Shown: positions 35,281 through 43,920 of the stretch, piece after piece
Layout of the letters: every line of letters starts with the position of its first letter
Numbering within the stretch: position 1 is the first letter of the stretch
Virus record (IMG/VR): IMGVR_UViG_3300038825_000664
Span: 1 to 43,920 of that record
Reading direction: 5' to 3' (one strand)
DNA from: a virus
DNA length: 43,920 nt
The notes under the pieces: model-generated
Databases searched by the model: none
The model's input: the letters and a program-made list of their open reading frames with translations, nothing else
Told to the model about the DNA's origin: nothing
Position numbers and translations under genes: made by a program

Positions 35281-36911
35281 TATTGACTCGCTTGTCGTTG
35301 CGCTTTGAGTAAGTTATCAGCAGTTACTGGGACCCCATTGTCGCGTAAGAATTTACTTAATGTTCTTACATTTTCAGGTGGTATCTCTGTAACATTTTGT
35401 TCTACATCTGGTGCTAGGAAATCAATACCAAATGCACTTCTCTCAATAGTAACCTCTCTTGTTAAATCTGACAACACATCTGTGAATTCTGCTGATGACA
35501 GTGAACTACCTTTCTGTTCTTCACGATGTTGTACTTCACCATCTAACAGGTCATAGAATGAGTTAGCTTTGTTACGCTTTTCATCATTCCACTTAGACTT
35601 CTTACCCATTATCTGCTCAACAGCAGCAGTGGTCTGTGCACTACGTGTTCGACCTACTTGGTGATCAATCTTGTCTTTCGATGAACCAGTACCACCTGCA
35701 CTTTTAACTGCGCTGATTAACTTACTACGTTCACCAGGTGCAAGGTCTTGGAAGTGTTCAGTCGGGTTGACCTTAGATAATTCTTCTTTAGGTAACATCA
35801 TCAGGTCTGAAAATTTATTCCAGTCAGTGATGATTGCTTTACCTGAATCAATACTCTTTTTCTGTTTGGTACTCAACCGTTCCCAACCTTCAGGATCAGT
35901 TGCTTGGAATGTCTCAGCAGAACCACCTTCAATGATATGAGACTCAGCACTTTCAAATGACTCAGCTTGTGCTTCACTCTCACCCTGCTTCTTCAAGTTA
36001 AATTGACGCATTGCTTCAGTCATCGTTTTCTTACGAAGTTCAGGGTCTTCAATGGTGTTAACCTGCTCACGTACTTCTTCACGACTGTCATAGGTATCAA
36101 CTAACTTAGTACCGGCAACAATGGCTTGCTGTGAGTCAGATTGAATCTTCTCAGCTTTAGCTTTAGCAGCAACATCTTTCTCAAGTTTAACTTTGTCAGG
36201 ACCTTCAAGTCGTGCACCATGTTTCTCCATCATTGCAGCACCTTCTTCAGCACTGCTACTGATAGCCGATGTAATAGCTGTTTTTGCAAATGATGAGTCA
36301 TAGGTCTGCAACCGTTCATTAGTTGCTTCAGCACCGATACCTTCAAGTTCAGCAGCATCAATCACCGCTTGACGACCTAGTGCGTTTTGCACTGCTAACT
36401 TGTCAGGTTGATTCCAATACAATGAAGCATTCTCAACGGTGTTCTCAACTTGCGATCTGATAGTGGCAACTTCCCACGACTTCAAACCTTTAGCTGAGTG
36501 ACGTGCAATGTCAGCTTGACTACGTGTGATATGTAAATCAGCAGACTTGTCAAACATCGATTTAGCATTAGTACCTAATGATTTACCATACTGCTTCTTC
36601 AACTCATCAAGTGACTTGTTTGCAGCATTAGCATTGTCAAAAGCATTTTTACCCTGGGTATTAAAGTAACCGTTTTCAGGATTAAAGAATAATTGGTTTT
36701 TATCACGCTCAAACGCCACCAATGCTTCTTCAGCAGATGTGGTGTCAATACGTTGAGTGACCTGTGCAACAGCACTACCCACCGACGCAAGACCTTGTGC
36801 AGCTTGAATGTTAGAACGGAATACAGCATTACCTGCTGAAGCATCAGCACGTGGTTGCCTGGTGACATTGGTGTGAACCTGTTGAGGTCCATAAGTTGCG
36901 ACTTTAGGCAT
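35280..36911 (-). CDS. Internal virion protein, 543 aa (T7 gp15 position)
   Basis: Called from synteny and TAATG coupling on both sides. The protein looks helical and rich in charged residues. Confidence 0.6.
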   Translation of the reverse strand: MPKVATYGPQQVHTNVTRQPRADASAGNAVFRSNIQAAQGLASVGSAVAQVTQRIDTTSAEEALVAFERDKNQLFFNPENGYFNTQGKNAFDNANAANKSLDELKKQYGKSLGTNAKSMFDKSADLHITRSQADIARHSAKGLKSWEVATIRSQVENTVENASLYWNQPDKLAVQNALGRQAVIDAAELEGIGAEATNERLQTYDSSFAKTAITSAISSSAEEGAAMMEKHGARLEGPDKVKLEKDVAAKAKAEKIQSDSQQAIVAGTKLVDTYDSREEVREQVNTIEDPELRKKTMTEAMRQFNLKKQGESEAQAESFESAESHIIEGGSAETFQATDPEGWERLSTKQKKSIDSGKAIITDWNKFSDLMMLPKEELSKVNPTEHFQDLAPGERSKLISAVKSAGGTGSSKDKIDHQVGRTRSAQTTAAVEQIMGKKSKWNDEKRNKANSFYDLLDGEVQHREEQKGSSLSSAEFTDVLSDLTREVTIERSAFGIDFLAPDVEQNVTEIPPENVRTLSKFLRDNGVPVTADNLLKAQRQASQ

Positions 36912-37459
36912 TATGCAAAACTCCCAACTTGATTAATGTTCGAGGGTGTGCCGGCTAGATTAGTAACAGCAGCACTTGATGGTGTGAACCATTTATCAGC
37001 AACACCTGTACCTAACACTGTTGAAGTAGCTTGTAACAAGGTACCTGTTGCAGCACCTTTACCTGCTGACTCAGCAAACTCACCTTGACTTGTTGTCAAT
37101 GCAGCACCTGTGTCTAATGATGATGCTTGGTTCGCAAAATTGCTACGAATACGCAGAGCATCAGCTTCACCGAGTGCAACCGTTTCTTCTTGTAGTTGTA
37201 ATGCTGATCCTGATGTCAGGTCAATATTCCCTGCACCAAGTTGTGCACGTTGCTTAGATAACAACTCAGCAGTCTTACGACGTTGAATGTTCTCAGCTTC
37301 AACACCAGCATTACGAGTTTCTTCAGCTTCATTCTCAGCTACACGAGCATTATAGTCAGCAGTAGACTTCTGAAACTTACCTTGTTTAACTTGTTGGTTA
37401 GCAGTAAATGCAGCAGAGACAACTGCTACTGCTGCCATTATCGTAGTTGGTTCGCACAT
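36911..37459 (-). CDS. Internal virion protein, 182 aa (T7 gp14 position)
   Basis: Called from synteny. Hydrophobic N-terminus MCEPTTIMAAVAVVSAAF. TGATG and TAATG coupling to its neighbours. Confidence 0.6.
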   Translation of the reverse strand: MCEPTTIMAAVAVVSAAFTANQQVKQGKFQKSTADYNARVAENEAEETRNAGVEAENIQRRKTAELLSKQRAQLGAGNIDLTSGSALQLQEETVALGEADALRIRSNFANQASSLDTGAALTTSQGEFAESAGKGAATGTLLQATSTVLGTGVADKWFTPSSAAVTNLAGTPSNINQVGSFA

Positions 37460-37923
37460 CAGCGTGACCTCTCTAAATGAAATCGATGGAACAATTCATC
37501 ATCTGGACCATGTGGTATTGGGTCTTCAATTGTAAACCCTAACCACTTCAACCATAGAATACTGTTCGTGTTCTTATTATGCACCATGTTACACAATCGT
37601 GGGCATATAGTCAGCATTTCATCAATGATAGGTTTAGTCTGACGAAAGAATTCTTTTTTATGCTTCATTGCTCTATTAGCGCCAAGCATCCACACGACAC
37701 CTGACCCCGTAAGCATGTCACGCTTAACTAAACCAATTATCACCAATGGTTCACCATTGTCATCTATTGCAACCGTTGAAACGTCAGACAGCTCCCAACC
37801 TTTCATCATAGACTCTAATGGTGAATGATGATTCGATGCCCATACTTCTTCAGCATCAGCTTGCCTCATGTCAGCAGCAATGGACTCAACCAGTGCTACT
37901 GTTGGCTTTACCCATTGAATCAT
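37459..37923 (-). CDS. 154-aa protein at the T7 gp13 position, possibly N4 gp49/Sf6 gp66-family (acetyltransferase-like fold)
   Basis: Called from synteny. The C-terminal NSILWLKWLGFTIE resembles the N..S..W...LGF signature of that family. This is recollection only. Confidence 0.5.
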   Translation of the reverse strand: MIQWVKPTVALVESIAADMRQADAEEVWASNHHSPLESMMKGWELSDVSTVAIDDNGEPLVIIGLVKRDMLTGSGVVWMLGANRAMKHKKEFFRQTKPIIDEMLTICPRLCNMVHNKNTNSILWLKWLGFTIEDPIPHGPDDELFHRFHLERSR

Positions 37924-40244
37924 TAGTTACCACCTACATCGACTTGAGGGATTACTGACAGTATAGCCATTGGTAAAGGTGCACGCTGTTCAATCCTAAG
38001 ACCACCACCTTTTGACCACTGTGGTTGTATGAACACTTCTTGCTTATAAGTTTTCAATGCAATTGGGTCATAGTTGTCACCGTCGAATCTTGGTTTAATC
38101 TCACTCATCGGTGGAGCTGAACCATTGTCCTGTCGTGGCCCTACAAATCCACCACGTGATCCTGAAACCTCAATGGTAACCTTCGACACTGAAACAGATT
38201 GAGCTTTGACTGTTTGACCCTGTGAAGGTGTATCAATGTCAAGTGTCTCAATGACAGGTGTATAACTAAGACCGACATGTACTTTTGATGCAGCACGTTC
38301 AAGTGTGATCGCACCTGTGATGACTACTTGATCAGGTACAGTGTAACCATCTGTCAATATCGACACAGTTTCACCTTCGAGATGACCAAGACCACTTATG
38401 ACCGTAGCAGGTATACCACCGTATGTCAGACCTGAGTCAACGTAGAAACAGTCTGCTGCATTGATTGATTCACGTTTCTCTAATCGTTCAACATAACGAA
38501 CATCTGAACCGTTAACATTACGCTTGACAATAACATACACTGCATCACGGTCATCTTCTGCAATCGATGAAACTGACTCAAAAGTACCTTGTGTATTGTG
38601 TTGATGCCATCCCCATACCTGGTGTTCACGTTGGTATGTTAAACCTAACATCACACCGTCATTACGAACACACCAAACAATACTATAAGGTTCAGCAGCA
38701 TAAGCCATTGATGTAATCTGATGTTCTTCAAACAAGTGTTCTGCCATCAATGACAAATCGTTACCGGTATATTTATCACTGCTGAACTCATAACCTAAAT
38801 CACGAAGTCGTGCACCTTTCTCTTGAAGGAACAATGCTGTGCTGTTGATCACAACAGGTGGAACTATTGAAACACCGTTATACGACTGTATTCTCACACC
38901 GATAGTTGAAGGTGTTAACACTCTGTCTTGACCTTCTGTCATTATCCACTCACCACCAGATGTCAACAATATCAGTGAATCAAGTGGTAACAGATGGCGT
39001 ATCTCATTTACTTGTTGTGCTGCAATCGTAAAGGTCACAGCATCATCATCACGTGCAGGGTTAGATGTACGCAATGAATTGAAATTATTTACCTGAGTTG
39101 TATACGTTACTTGGGGTTCATTGTTGGTATTAGCGAACACTTGACGCTGTTGATAATACGTCACTGTTGATGGTTTATTACCAACCCCTGAGAACGGTTG
39201 ACGGTCTTCAGGTGGTGCGTCACTTGTAATCGGTGCAATGTTATAATCATCAAATGAATTGTTATTTGAATCACCTATCCAACCATAAATACCTGTACCC
39301 ACTGAAGGGTCCTTATAAACACGATAGTAAGTAGCACCAACCACAGTACCCCATGACAAACGAATACCACCGGTCTGTGATAATGACTTAGCTGTGACAC
39401 TGATCTCAACAGATGCAAGTGACTCAATACCTGCTTCATCAACAGCAGTGACAACATAAGTGTAAGTCTTCTCAAAATCACCGAAACCATCACCGATTGT
39501 TGTAGCACCTTTCTGTCTTTCAGCTTCACCACCACTGGTGTATATACCATGTGCAGTTGCATCTTCACCAACGAGTTCAAACGTATCATCTGTCACGACT
39601 GATATTGTGAAAAATCTATCATTGAGTTCAGTCATACCACCGACATTGACAATCTCAACTAAGTTACCACTAACGAAACCATGTGCAACTGCTGTAACTC
39701 TTGCAGGGTTCGCATTGGTGATTGCCGTTATAGATATTGAATCAACACCTGCTGTGAATGCTGGTGCTGTGACTGTTGTTGAATAATCAATTGTTGTCAA
39801 CGACCAGTTGTCATCAGCTAATCGATTGAGGTTTGCAGGGTCATGATCAGGGTGAACAATGGTCATCACATCAGCATTCTGTGTGAAACCTAAACGTGGT
39901 AACTGTGCTTCAGTGTAAGGTGTAGCAAGTTCAAATATTGCAGGACCTCCACCCGCTAAAACAAAACCACCATCTTTAATAACACGTACTTTTAAATGCT
40001 CAAACACCAACATATATGTCTGTTCAGTGTTAAAGCTGAATGGGATTAATCGACCGACTTTAGATGAGTCATCAAGTTCACCGATGAAACGTAGACCTGG
40101 GCGTGAGTAAACACCACCTTGTGCACGCACGAACATGTTCTCACACAAAGCCAACCCAGTAGCATACTTGGTTAAGTCTGCACGAGACTGTAATGCTGGC
40201 GCAATCTCACCAGATGTAAAACTACGTTGAATAATTTGTGGCAT
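37923..40244 (-). CDS. Tail tubular B/nozzle-like protein, 773 aa, with inserted FCCH-like and FN3-like modules
   Basis: Synteny with the T7 gp12 position and a similar size. N-terminal segment is RSFTSGEIAPALQSRADLTKY. The insert NPARVTAVAHGFVSGNLVEIVNVGGMTELNDRFFTISVVTDDTFEL is FCCH-like. SWGTVVGATYYRVYK is FN3-like. Confidence 0.6.
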   Translation of the reverse strand: MPQIIQRSFTSGEIAPALQSRADLTKYATGLALCENMFVRAQGGVYSRPGLRFIGELDDSSKVGRLIPFSFNTEQTYMLVFEHLKVRVIKDGGFVLAGGGPAIFELATPYTEAQLPRLGFTQNADVMTIVHPDHDPANLNRLADDNWSLTTIDYSTTVTAPAFTAGVDSISITAITNANPARVTAVAHGFVSGNLVEIVNVGGMTELNDRFFTISVVTDDTFELVGEDATAHGIYTSGGEAERQKGATTIGDGFGDFEKTYTYVVTAVDEAGIESLASVEISVTAKSLSQTGGIRLSWGTVVGATYYRVYKDPSVGTGIYGWIGDSNNNSFDDYNIAPITSDAPPEDRQPFSGVGNKPSTVTYYQQRQVFANTNNEPQVTYTTQVNNFNSLRTSNPARDDDAVTFTIAAQQVNEIRHLLPLDSLILLTSGGEWIMTEGQDRVLTPSTIGVRIQSYNGVSIVPPVVINSTALFLQEKGARLRDLGYEFSSDKYTGNDLSLMAEHLFEEHQITSMAYAAEPYSIVWCVRNDGVMLGLTYQREHQVWGWHQHNTQGTFESVSSIAEDDRDAVYVIVKRNVNGSDVRYVERLEKRESINAADCFYVDSGLTYGGIPATVISGLGHLEGETVSILTDGYTVPDQVVITGAITLERAASKVHVGLSYTPVIETLDIDTPSQGQTVKAQSVSVSKVTIEVSGSRGGFVGPRQDNGSAPPMSEIKPRFDGDNYDPIALKTYKQEVFIQPQWSKGGGLRIEQRAPLPMAILSVIPQVDVGGN

Positions 40245-40247
40245 TGT

Positions 40248-40904
40248 TTAATTCCTAACGGTAACAAAATCACTTTCACCTGGTGAAAAATACTGGTCGT
40301 TCATATCAGTAGCAATGGCTGATGCTAAATACTGCTTATAAAGCTGCAATGAATCATTACGCAATGCTCGACCTAACTCAGCACCCACGATAGGTACAGC
40401 AAGTTCTGAAGATAATAAATGTGATAAAGCCATGATGAAGTCATCACTGAATAAATTGGGGTCAGTAACCTTAGCAGCAAAGTCAATGCGTAGATCGGGT
40501 TGGTCTGAACCTATTATTTTAGCATCATCAAAGTTGAACACCTCATAAGGTATCTGTCTTCGTTGACCCTTCAAGTCGATAACGCGACTATCTAACCGTC
40601 TTGATGCAGCATTAGAACTACCAGCAGGTAACTCTTCATAAGAACCAACTAGACGACGAATCTTGAGACAATCAACAGGGTATGAATATGCATAGGCCCA
40701 GTTGAATATGTCAGTGGTGACTGGTGCTAATGCTCTCAACTTATGATTGAACTGCCACGGTATTTCACGTAAACATCGGTCACGAAGAATAGGGTACTTC
40801 AGCTTACAAACCTGAGCTTGTATGCTTCCCTCATTCAACGAGTTAATACTACCTGCACGAATGTTACTCAGTGCCAGGTTACATACTTCAACTTCAGAAG
40901 CCAT
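40248..40904 (-). CDS. Tail tubular A/adaptor-like protein, 218 aa
   Basis: Synteny with the T7 gp11 position and a similar size. N-terminal CNLALSNIRAGSINSL...W pattern. Confidence 0.55.
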   Translation of the reverse strand: MASEVEVCNLALSNIRAGSINSLNEGSIQAQVCKLKYPILRDRCLREIPWQFNHKLRALAPVTTDIFNWAYAYSYPVDCLKIRRLVGSYEELPAGSSNAASRRLDSRVIDLKGQRRQIPYEVFNFDDAKIIGSDQPDLRIDFAAKVTDPNLFSDDFIMALSHLLSSELAVPIVGAELGRALRNDSLQLYKQYLASAIATDMNDQYFSPGESDFVTVRN

Positions 40905-40916
40905 GATGTACCTCGA

Positions 40917-41225
40917 TTACGATTTAGGACCATAAAGCTGTACAGCTCGATCATCAGTTTCACGTTTCAATTTAATACTGGTGAGTTGAAGACTGATGTT
41001 TTTACTTGAATGGTCAGCACTGCTGTGTTCAGACTTACTTTCCACAAATGCAAATGCACGAACTTCAACAACATCACCCACTGCTAAGTTCCCTGCTTCA
41101 AGTTCTTCAATCAATTCATCTTCAAAACGTAAGCTTGTACCATATGGATAGTAGTTGTCATCAGAACAGCAAACATCACTGCCTGAATGATTCTCTTTTT
41201 TAATCTTCACTTGATCATCAGGCAT
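40917..41225 (-). CDS. 102-aa hypothetical head/neck-module protein
   Basis: Good SD (GAGGT). It lies inside the structural operon. Confidence 0.6.
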   Translation of the reverse strand: MPDDQVKIKKENHSGSDVCCSDDNYYPYGTSLRFEDELIEELEAGNLAVGDVVEVRAFAFVESKSEHSSADHSSKNISLQLTSIKLKRETDDRAVQLYGPKS

Positions 41226-41234
41226 GATAAACCT

Positions 41235-41567
41235 CTACAATGTTTCAACGTTTGAGTTAGTTTCACCAGCGCCAAGGAACGACGCTTCAGCAATGTCTTT
41301 CTGCTGTTCATCTGCTTCTTTCTTAGCAGCATTAGCAGCTTTAGTTTCAGCAGTCTTACGTGCTTTAGCAGCTTTAGTTTCAGCAGTCTTACGTGCTTTA
41401 GCTTGTGCAGCAGTTTCACCTTGAATAGCTTCAAGCCATGCAGGTACTTGTTCTTTTTTGTCTTTCGACGGGAACGGTTTTTCAGTATGTAATACGCGAC
41501 GCTTCCCAGCAGGATCATACAAATGACCACCGAAAAAACCTTTACTTATAACTTTATAACTAGGCAT
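41235..41567 (-). CDS. 110-aa Lys/Ala-rich protein with an internal 11-aa tandem duplication
   Basis: Start moved to MPSYKV, after SD GGTGAT. It contains KARKTAETKAA twice. Confidence 0.6.
   Translation of the reverse strand: MPSYKVISKGFFGGHLYDPAGKRRVLHTEKPFPSKDKKEQVPAWLEAIQGETAAQAKARKTAETKAAKARKTAETKAANAAKKEADEQQKDIAEASFLGAGETNSNVETL
41338..41403. repeat. 33-bp tandem duplication (2 units, 1 mismatch)
   Basis: The sequence gctttagtttcagcagtcttacgtgctttagca at 41338-41370 repeats at 41371-41403. Confidence 0.9.
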
Positions 41568-41595
41568 GTTAATCACCAATTGTGTTGAATGAAAT

Positions 41596-41611
41596 GGGGA
41601 CCGAAGTCCCT
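41596..41611 (-). promoter_or_regulatory. GGGAC-UUCG-GUCCC tetraloop hairpin after the capsid/cement genes (possible attenuator or RNA-stability element)
   Basis: Read on the minus strand between the 143-aa gene stop (41629) and the next start (41567). The trailing U-tract is weak (CAUUUCAUU). Confidence 0.35.
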
Positions 41612-41628
41612 CATTAGACGTGTATCAA

Positions 41629-42060
41629 TTAAGCACCTGTGACGTTAGTCTGGTTACCCATTGTGATACCTGCTGTGATTTTACCAGTAGTCGGTGCAGT
41701 ACCTACAACCACGTACTCAATACCTAAGTATCTTTCGTCGATTTCATTCGGTAACACTTCAACTGGGAACTGGTAACCTAACACCAAGTCAGCAAGTGGT
41801 ACAACCTTACTGATGACAGTTGTACCCAGTGCAGTAGTAGCACCAGTTGAGATTTTAATCTCTAAACTTGTCAAAGTGTTAAACGCTTCAGTAACCTGAA
41901 TCAAGATCGGAACCTTGTTTCCTTTACCTTTGTCGTTATTCAACGGTGCAACAGCACCATACGGTGTACCAGGTACACCAAGGTCGATGACATTAGTTGA
42001 ATCAGCAGAAGCTGTAATCGCCTGGTCATTCGAAAATATTTGTTGTGCAGATAAGATCAT
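41629..42060 (-). CDS. Capsid decoration/cement protein, 143 aa (Bbp16-like, by recollection)
   Basis: It lies immediately downstream of the major capsid gene. AGGAGA SD. The protein is beta-rich and of typical size. Confidence 0.55.
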   Translation of the reverse strand: MILSAQQIFSNDQAITASADSTNVIDLGVPGTPYGAVAPLNNDKGKGNKVPILIQVTEAFNTLTSLEIKISTGATTALGTTVISKVVPLADLVLGYQFPVEVLPNEIDERYLGIEYVVVGTAPTTGKITAGITMGNQTNVTGA

Positions 42061-42098
42061 GATGAATCTCCTAAATTAATGAGTGAAAACGTGCGGTA

Positions 42099-43097
42099 TT
42101 AAACCACACGAGCTTCAGCATTGATAAGTGAATCGGTTTCGCGAAGAGGAATACCACGGTAAGTCATTACTTCTTTACCTTCGATTTCCATAGGCTTCAA
42201 ACGAATGAAACTGTCAGTTGCACCAGCGTTAGTAGCTAAAGCATCAAGTGCTTCAAGTACATCACGGTTACAATAGATAGCCATTTTACCACCAGCGACA
42301 CGACGGTTCTGCAACTTGTAATAAGCTTTACGCATGAAGTCGTATAATGCAACAGTACCTGCTGCTAATGCAGTGGTGTCAATGTTCGCAATACGAGAAA
42401 CATAACGCCAATCTTTAACAGCCATACCCACATGCCATGTGAATTTTTCTTCCATAGCGTAGTAAGCATTACCTGCACCATCTGTGACACGTTGCTGACC
42501 GTGGTCTTCACGCTGAACACCAGCTTGAGTACCTTTAGGGTAAAGCAAGTTACACTGATTATCGCCCCAGGTAACAAACCAGATTGAAGTGTTAATCGAA
42601 CCAGTACCACCAGCATCGATAATCTGACCACCATTAGCAGCAGACTTATCGTTGAAACGTGGTGCAAGGCCCATGAATTCTTCAGGGTCTGATGCAGAGT
42701 TACCGTAGAATACTTTCGTACCTACTTCTTGCGCCATTGCTTCAAGGTATGCTTGTGCTTCAGATAAACGTACAGCACCTTCATTGGTAGACAAATCAAG
42801 TAATCGTTTATCGACGGTACTAAGACCTTCAACGAAACCCGTAGTGTCTTCAACTTGAGCAGTTGCACCTTTGCTGTTTGGAATACCAGCATACAATTTA
42901 CCCCATGTAACTGATGGTAAACCTGAACGAACAGTGTGCAAGTGAGTAGTACCTTTATTACATTCTACCGCGATGGCATCATCTAATATTGGTGTCATTT
43001 CCATAAGCATTTCAATAACTGGAACAAATTGTCCTGTACCGTCTTGCAGCTTATATACGTCGATTAAGTCAACGAAACTATTTCCTAAAGTAGCCAT
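42099..43097 (-). CDS. Major capsid protein, 332 aa (HK97 fold, BPP-1-like type)
   Basis: Its position is after the scaffold gene. The size fits. GAGGTGA SD. The N-terminal pattern resembles this capsid family as I remember it. Confidence 0.8.
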   Translation of the reverse strand: MATLGNSFVDLIDVYKLQDGTGQFVPVIEMLMEMTPILDDAIAVECNKGTTHLHTVRSGLPSVTWGKLYAGIPNSKGATAQVEDTTGFVEGLSTVDKRLLDLSTNEGAVRLSEAQAYLEAMAQEVGTKVFYGNSASDPEEFMGLAPRFNDKSAANGGQIIDAGGTGSINTSIWFVTWGDNQCNLLYPKGTQAGVQREDHGQQRVTDGAGNAYYAMEEKFTWHVGMAVKDWRYVSRIANIDTTALAAGTVALYDFMRKAYYKLQNRRVAGGKMAIYCNRDVLEALDALATNAGATDSFIRLKPMEIEGKEVMTYRGIPLRETDSLINAEARVV

Positions 43098-43116
43098 GTT
43101 TCACCTCGTGAATTAG

Positions 43117-43821
43117 TTAGGCAGTTTTGTCATTTGGATAAAGAAGAGACACACGGTCTTGTGCTTTAGATGGTGCAGCAGTAGTGCCACCAGGTACATC
43201 TTCAGCAGTTAACTTCCCTACCTTGACCATAAACCGGATAACTTCAGGGTGGTTGCCCACACCGTGTTCTTCCAGCAGTTGCTTCAGTTCTGGCGTACCA
43301 AACTTATCAATGGCAGATCGTGCGACACCGACGTTTTCTTCAAACTTATCGCCACCGAACTCTTTGTCATTTTTAGATTGTTCTTGCCAGTCGTTCATCA
43401 ACTGATTGAAAGCATCGACGTTACTCTCCGAACTCGCCTGGGCCTGTTTTGCTTGGAAGTCTACAAGTTTCTGTGCTTGATCTTGAGTCAACCCTAACTC
43501 TTTAAAGAGTGGAGCTGCTTCAGTCAACAAGGCAGAATCAAGTTCAACCCCTTCTGGCATAACAAAGTCGGCATAAGTGTCGGGAGGTGTCTGACTACTT
43601 AAATCAGCTTCTTCGCCTGTGGCTGCTTCACCATCGGCATTATCGTCAGTAGCACCATCAGGTACAACATCAGAATCTGTTGCAGTCAACACTGTTGAAG
43701 TATCAGCATTGTCTGTGTTATCTGTTTCAGTTTGAACACCTGTGGTACTTGCACCACCAGCGTCTTCCCCTGCATCGGGACTTCTGTATACGTTGAATAA
43801 CCAATTTTTGTTAATAATCAT
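43117..43821 (-). CDS. Scaffolding protein, 234 aa
   Basis: Acidic, low-complexity N-terminal half and a helical C-terminal half. It lies between portal and capsid. Start placed at the ATG after SD AGGTGA; the track start is a GTG 9 nt upstream. Confidence 0.6.
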   Translation of the reverse strand: MIINKNWLFNVYRSPDAGEDAGGASTTGVQTETDNTDNADTSTVLTATDSDVVPDGATDDNADGEAATGEEADLSSQTPPDTYADFVMPEGVELDSALLTEAAPLFKELGLTQDQAQKLVDFQAKQAQASSESNVDAFNQLMNDWQEQSKNDKEFGGDKFEENVGVARSAIDKFGTPELKQLLEEHGVGNHPEVIRFMVKVGKLTAEDVPGGTTAAPSKAQDRVSLLYPNDKTA

Positions 43822-43920
43822 TGTCGTCACCTATTCTCTTTTAGCATTTTAAAATAATCATCTGTTGCAGCTTCTCTCAATTCTGCATCGAGCCATAGAC
43901 CATGACTTCGGTTACCAGCG
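43822..43920. repeat. Right copy of the exact 99-nt end overlap, identical to 1..99
   Basis: Read directly. It duplicates the 3' end of the 89-aa gene. Confidence 0.97.

Noticed and set aside
1-43920. A lysogeny module, a single-subunit RNA polymerase, and tRNA or rRNA genes.
   Set aside because: No ORF has integrase, recombinase, CI-like repressor or T7 RNAP-like size and motifs. No cloverleaf-like or rRNA-like segments were noticed in the few non-coding gaps.

Overview
The window is one complete, self-closing tailed-phage genome. Bases 1-99 repeat exactly at 43822-43920, giving a unit length of 43,821 bp. I saw no rRNA, tRNA, CRISPR array, integrase, repressor/lysogeny module or phage RNA polymerase. 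All functional calls rest on motifs I could read in the translations, on gene order, and on start/stop context. No database search was possible.

There are three transcription blocks.
1. A leftward early operon, 15073 down to 6959. It encodes a prim-pol/Zn/SF3 helicase fusion, a DUF3310-like protein, ThyX, a class II-like RNR with no NrdB partner, and MazG. It ends in an accessory tail of unknown genes: a promoter-to-terminator moron, a 192-aa unknown, four micro-ORFs missed by the ORF track, and a membrane protein.
2. A rightward replication operon, 15299 to 24089. It encodes an RHH regulator, an (Ala-Pro)18 protein, a Cas4-like DUF2800-type nuclease, a DUF2815-type SSB, a Dam-like MTase, a 254-aa ATP ligase, a family-B-like DNA polymerase, VRR-NUC, a HAD phosphatase and an SNF2 helicase.
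3. A leftward late operon of about 26 kb, running from 6476 through the window junction down to 24086. It encodes a degenerate HNH/AP2 protein, TerS, TerL, two inserted genes, portal, scaffold, an HK97-fold capsid protein with a cement protein, and then tail and internal virion proteins in T7 gp11-to-gp17 order. These include a 2504-aa multi-domain protein. A holin, a GH24 endolysin and a third lysis-cassette gene follow.

The architecture resembles RNAP-less T7-supergroup marine podoviruses, but that is inference.

The most interesting leads are:
- the 2504-aa ejected protein, which carries a GNAT-like module and an HExxH module;
- the 430-bp non-coding region with nine ATGACACAT-type boxes upstream of the packaging genes;
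- twin early promoters that share a GTGGAACA spacer element, with a third orphan copy elsewhere;
- the early accessory island at 6959-8972;
- in-frame repeat structures in two replication proteins.
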